Positions 60,720 through 64,000 of a DNA stretch of 64,000 nt are shown in pieces; position 1 is the first letter of the stretch, and each line of letters opens with the position of its first letter. Source of the DNA: Nitrosopumilus sp. (lineage in GTDB: Archaea > Thermoproteota > Nitrososphaeria > Nitrososphaerales > Nitrosopumilaceae); contig OZ244732.1 of assembly GCA_965219345.1 (NCBI GenBank), forward strand, positions 1,280,001 through 1,344,000, in the 5' to 3' direction. The translations under genes and the position numbers were made by a program. Under the pieces are notes generated by a model. That model worked only from the letters and a program-made list of their open reading frames with translations. It was not told the DNA's origin and made no database searches.

Positions 60720-61375
60720 TGACAAGACTGATTGCTCCTTCCCTTGAAAAATTATCTCAAATAATGTCTGAGATGGGAGATGCTGCAATAGAATGTATTT
60801 CATTAGCTGTTGATTCCTACCTTGAAGGGAAAAATACTACTAATCAAGTTCATGAACTATCTGATTCAATTCGCAACAAGTACTTTGAAGTCGAAGACTT
60901 GATTTTTGATATGCTTTTGAAATATCAACCAGTAGCTGATGATTTTAGAATGATTCGCTCTTCTACTGAAATATCATATGCATTTTCAAGATTTGGAAGA
61001 TATGCCTATGACATTACACAAGTACGAGACTTGTTTGGTGATATTTCTGAATGTACAAATGCATCACTGTTTGAAATAACAAAAAAAGTGAAACACATGA
61101 TCAAAGAAGCTATTCTCTCTTTTGCAGAACTAGATGTTAGAAAAGCTGTAAAAATTCAAGAAGATGAAGCATTCATTGATAAAATATACAAAGAAAGACT
61201 GACAAAACTAATAGAGTCTAATAATACTAAATATGCATTAGCTGAAGCATTGCTCTTGAGGTATCTTGAAAGAATTGGAGACCATGCAGTTTTCATGAGT
61301 GATGCCATTAACTATATCGTTACAGGAAAACACAAACCAAGCGAAAAAAGAATAACATCTCATACAAAACCCTGA
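60719..61375 (+). CDS. phoU: Phosphate uptake regulator PhoU
   Basis: YQPVADDFR, YLERIGDHA; follows pstB. Confidence 0.9.
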   Translation: MTRLIAPSLEKLSQIMSEMGDAAIECISLAVDSYLEGKNTTNQVHELSDSIRNKYFEVEDLIFDMLLKYQPVADDFRMIRSSTEISYAFSRFGRYAYDITQVRDLFGDISECTNASLFEITKKVKHMIKEAILSFAELDVRKAVKIQEDEAFIDKIYKERLTKLIESNNTKYALAEALLLRYLERIGDHAVFMSDAINYIVTGKHKPSEKRITSHTKP

Positions 61376-61512
61376 TTATGTGGGAGCATATGTTTTACAA
61401 CTAGTCTCCATGTAGATCTATGTAAAATATCAAAAATACCATCATGAATCTTATCATTCTCATATTCTAATTACATGGTGTCTTGATGCCCTCACCAAGT
61501 CTGGAGCGAAAT

Positions 61513-61895
61513 TTGAAAATCTCAAACCTGTGTCAAGATATCCTATCAATTCATCCCAAGACTCATTGTTTATCTTTTATCAATAGAAATGGTAGAATTA
61601 TTGAATCCACATTTCGTGATGATGGCAACAATACAGGTCTTGTCAAGAATTAGAAATGTTGTATACGCAATGTAAATTACAGTCATCTATGAATATGGAA
61701 TTTGAGGACAAACTAGGATATCTATCTTATACTCTAATTTGCAGGGAATCTACACTGGAATTTATTTTTCCATTTTATGATGGGATTATTTTTGTAAGTT
61801 TAGACAGAGACATTTCAATTCAGAATATTAGCAAAAAAATTTCAGAACTAATACTCAAGTTTGAATTTGATTCGGGAGCAGAGAATCTTCGATAA
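61513..61895 (+). pseudogene. Frameshifted roadblock/DUF6659-like gene
   Basis: Upstream frame LCQDILSIHP...FINRNGRIIES; frameshift at about 61640; downstream FEDKLGYLSY. Confidence 0.5.
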
Positions 61896-61897
61896 AA

Positions 61898-62062
61898 ATG
61901 CCTGATGAATCATGCAGAAAATGTGGAGCTCCACTTCACTTTCATACTAAATGTAGAAGCTGCAAAGTAACAATAACAGATATCTGCTTAAAATGTGGTG
62001 CAAAGACCTTGCCACGATATCACGTTTGTTCACCAAATATGACAACTGTATCCTTGTGTTGA
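61898..62062 (+). CDS. Small double zinc-ribbon protein
   Basis: Manual translation MPDESCRKCG...CRSC...CLKCG...HVC. Confidence 0.65.
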   Translation: MPDESCRKCGAPLHFHTKCRSCKVTITDICLKCGAKTLPRYHVCSPNMTTVSLC

Positions 62063-62144
62063 TGTAATTTTACTTCAAAATTGACCAATAAAACCCCGAA
62101 AAGCATTCCTTTTGATTAAATAACGCCTGAAAATAGTTTGATTT

Positions 62145-62786
62145 GTGGATTTTGTTGAATTATTCCCATTTGCTCCCGAAGTGGGGTATCTTAGTTTAGC
62201 TTTAGTCAATTTCTTTGGTTCTCTTGTACCCTTTGTTCCTTTGCCAGGATTTCTGTTGCTTGCTACAATGTCAGTTGGTGACAAGTTTGATTTGCATGTT
62301 TTAGCAATACTGTCAGCACTTACTGCTACTGCAGCAAAACAAATCATCTTTTTTGCTAGTTACGGTGGAAGAAAAATAATTAGTGAAAAAACCCGAAAGA
62401 GAATGCGCCCATTTGAGAGATTAGTCAAGAAATATGGTGCGGCTGCTGCATTTTTTGCTGCAGCAACTCCGATCCCTGATGATTTAGTATATGTTCCGTT
62501 AGGACTGGCAAAATATAACCCAAAAAGATTCTTTATTGCAACTCTCACTGGCAAATTTGTACTTAGTTACACGATAGTTTTTGTTTCTCATTATCTTGGA
62601 TTATCTCTAGTTGAACCTTTCTTGGATGGTATTGACAATGCAACCCCAATTTACATTGGAATTATTATTTTTGGAGCAATGATGACAGCAGTAATAATTT
62701 TGCTTTTGAGATTGGATTGGGCAAGAATTCTTGGGAAATTTGCTCCATGGACTTTGGATGAGAACAATGAAGATGAAACTAATTAA
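62145..62786 (+). CDS. VTT/DedA (YqaA-like) membrane protein
   Basis: AATPIPDDL...GKF motif; several TM helices. Confidence 0.8.
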   Translation: MDFVELFPFAPEVGYLSLALVNFFGSLVPFVPLPGFLLLATMSVGDKFDLHVLAILSALTATAAKQIIFFASYGGRKIISEKTRKRMRPFERLVKKYGAAAAFFAAATPIPDDLVYVPLGLAKYNPKRFFIATLTGKFVLSYTIVFVSHYLGLSLVEPFLDGIDNATPIYIGIIIFGAMMTAVIILLLRLDWARILGKFAPWTLDENNEDETN

Positions 62787-63340
62787 ATTTCTATTTTAAA
62801 ATTCCATAACTTTTCAGTTGCTTCTTTAATTCCTATTCTAGACGATGCAGAAATTTTTTTTGGTTTTATCCCCTCTGTAATGAATAACTCTGAATGTTTT
62901 GTCAAATCTATACCATAATGTTCCTTAGTAATTTCTAAGGCTTGAGTTAATTTTGCTGGTCCGTTTGTAAGACTTTTCAAATTTTGAATCTTTCTGTTTT
63001 TTTGCATTATTTTGATTCCCTTTTCAGGTTCAATTGCACGAATAAGAACTGCGCCTGCTTCAATTTTTGGATGCTTTGCTACAACGTTAAAGCAATAATG
63101 CATTCCATAGGTAAAATAAACGTATGATATTCCAACATTTCCGAACATCACTCTGTTTCTATCAGTAATTTTTCTAAATGCGTGACTTGCGGGATCATCT
63201 TTGTGCCTGTATGCCTCCGCTTCTTTAATTATCCCTGATACTTCATGCCTCCCTATTTTTCTGACAATTCTTTTTCCTAGAAGATTTTTTGCGACAATAA
63301 CTGTGTCTTTTAGATAAAATTTTCTAGGAAGTATATTCAA
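62783..63340 (-). CDS. DNA-3-methyladenine glycosylase (MPG/AAG)
   Basis: EAEAY, YVYFTYGMH, AVLIRA, GPAKL, RIGI. Confidence 0.93.
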   Translation of the reverse strand: MNILPRKFYLKDTVIVAKNLLGKRIVRKIGRHEVSGIIKEAEAYRHKDDPASHAFRKITDRNRVMFGNVGISYVYFTYGMHYCFNVVAKHPKIEAGAVLIRAIEPEKGIKIMQKNRKIQNLKSLTNGPAKLTQALEITKEHYGIDLTKHSELFITEGIKPKKISASSRIGIKEATEKLWNFKIEI

Positions 63341-63917
63341 TATCTATGGTTACTTTTTTACCATTTTTTAATTCTCTGATCAAATCAAACAGTTTCACAA
63401 TATCTGCATTTAGTATCTCAATTAATCCTTGATTGTATATTGTAGCAGCTGGATGAACTGTTAGGAAATACAACTGATTGTCTTTTCGTACTATTTTGCC
63501 TCTAAATTTTGTAATCTCTGATCCGCCCAGAATTGAATTAAATGCGGTATTTCCTAAAATACAGATTATTTTTGGTTTGATTATGGAAATTTCTTGTTTT
63601 AGATATTCCTGACACGTATTTCGCTCAATTGTATTTGGAACTCTGTTGTTTGGTGGTCTACATTTTACAATGTTTGTTATGTATACTGAATCTCTTGAGA
63701 TTCCTACTTCATCTAGTGCAATAGAGAGTTTTTTTCCTGCCACTCCGACAAATGGCTCCCCCCTACTGTCCTCATTTCTTCCAGGTGCTTCCCCAACAAA
63801 GATTACGTCGGATTGAAAATTTCCTTTACCTGGCACTGCGTTAGTTCTTGTTTTACACAGATCACACTTGGTACATTTTATGACGTTTTGTTTAATTGTC
63901 TCTAATTCTTGGCTCAT
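63324..63917 (-). CDS. Family 4 uracil-DNA glycosylase
   Basis: CTKC, GEAPG, KCRPPNNR, HPAA. Confidence 0.93.
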   Translation of the reverse strand: MSQELETIKQNVIKCTKCDLCKTRTNAVPGKGNFQSDVIFVGEAPGRNEDSRGEPFVGVAGKKLSIALDEVGISRDSVYITNIVKCRPPNNRVPNTIERNTCQEYLKQEISIIKPKIICILGNTAFNSILGGSEITKFRGKIVRKDNQLYFLTVHPAATIYNQGLIEILNADIVKLFDLIRELKNGKKVTIDIEYTS

Positions 63918-63920
63918 TTT

Positions 63921-64000
63921 TTAGTTTACACTCTTTACTGTTGCAGTTCCTCGTATAGATGGACCGCCATTTCCCATTATCATAGATTGCATAGGATCTC
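63921..64000 (-). CDS. C-terminus of a TldD/PmbA-family protein (partial)
   Basis: DPMQSMIMGNGGPSIRGTATV. Confidence 0.55.
   Translation of the reverse strand, partial: DPMQSMIMGNGGPSIRGTATVKSVN

Overview
AT-rich archaeal DNA with gene content typical of an ammonia-oxidising Nitrosopumilaceae genome (Thaumarchaeota). Most of it is conserved housekeeping backbone: sucCD, ileS, purD/purN, folD, citrate synthase, cdvC/Vps4, carAB, ilvBN-leuA-leuB, aspS and DNA glycosylases. Overlaid on this are signs of genome erosion: three GC-rich IS elements (ISH3, IS481, IS630), a probable IS6-like cargo element with an 8-bp TSD, two tyrosine integrases (one beside an intron-containing tRNA-Val), many frameshifted or truncated genes, and a destroyed pst operon. 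The most striking observation is three independent insertions with the same architecture: a 37-38 bp duplication of the local sequence flanking a 33-36 bp unrelated insert, with a 71-73 bp period and every duplication ending in AG. They lie in an IS630 transposase, in pstA and in pstB. They match the geometry expected from Cas1-Cas2 spacer integration outside a CRISPR array, suggesting natural off-target adaptation acting as a gene-inactivating mutagen. No cas genes are present in this window, so that mechanism is inference. All product calls come from motif recognition by eye; no database searches were run.
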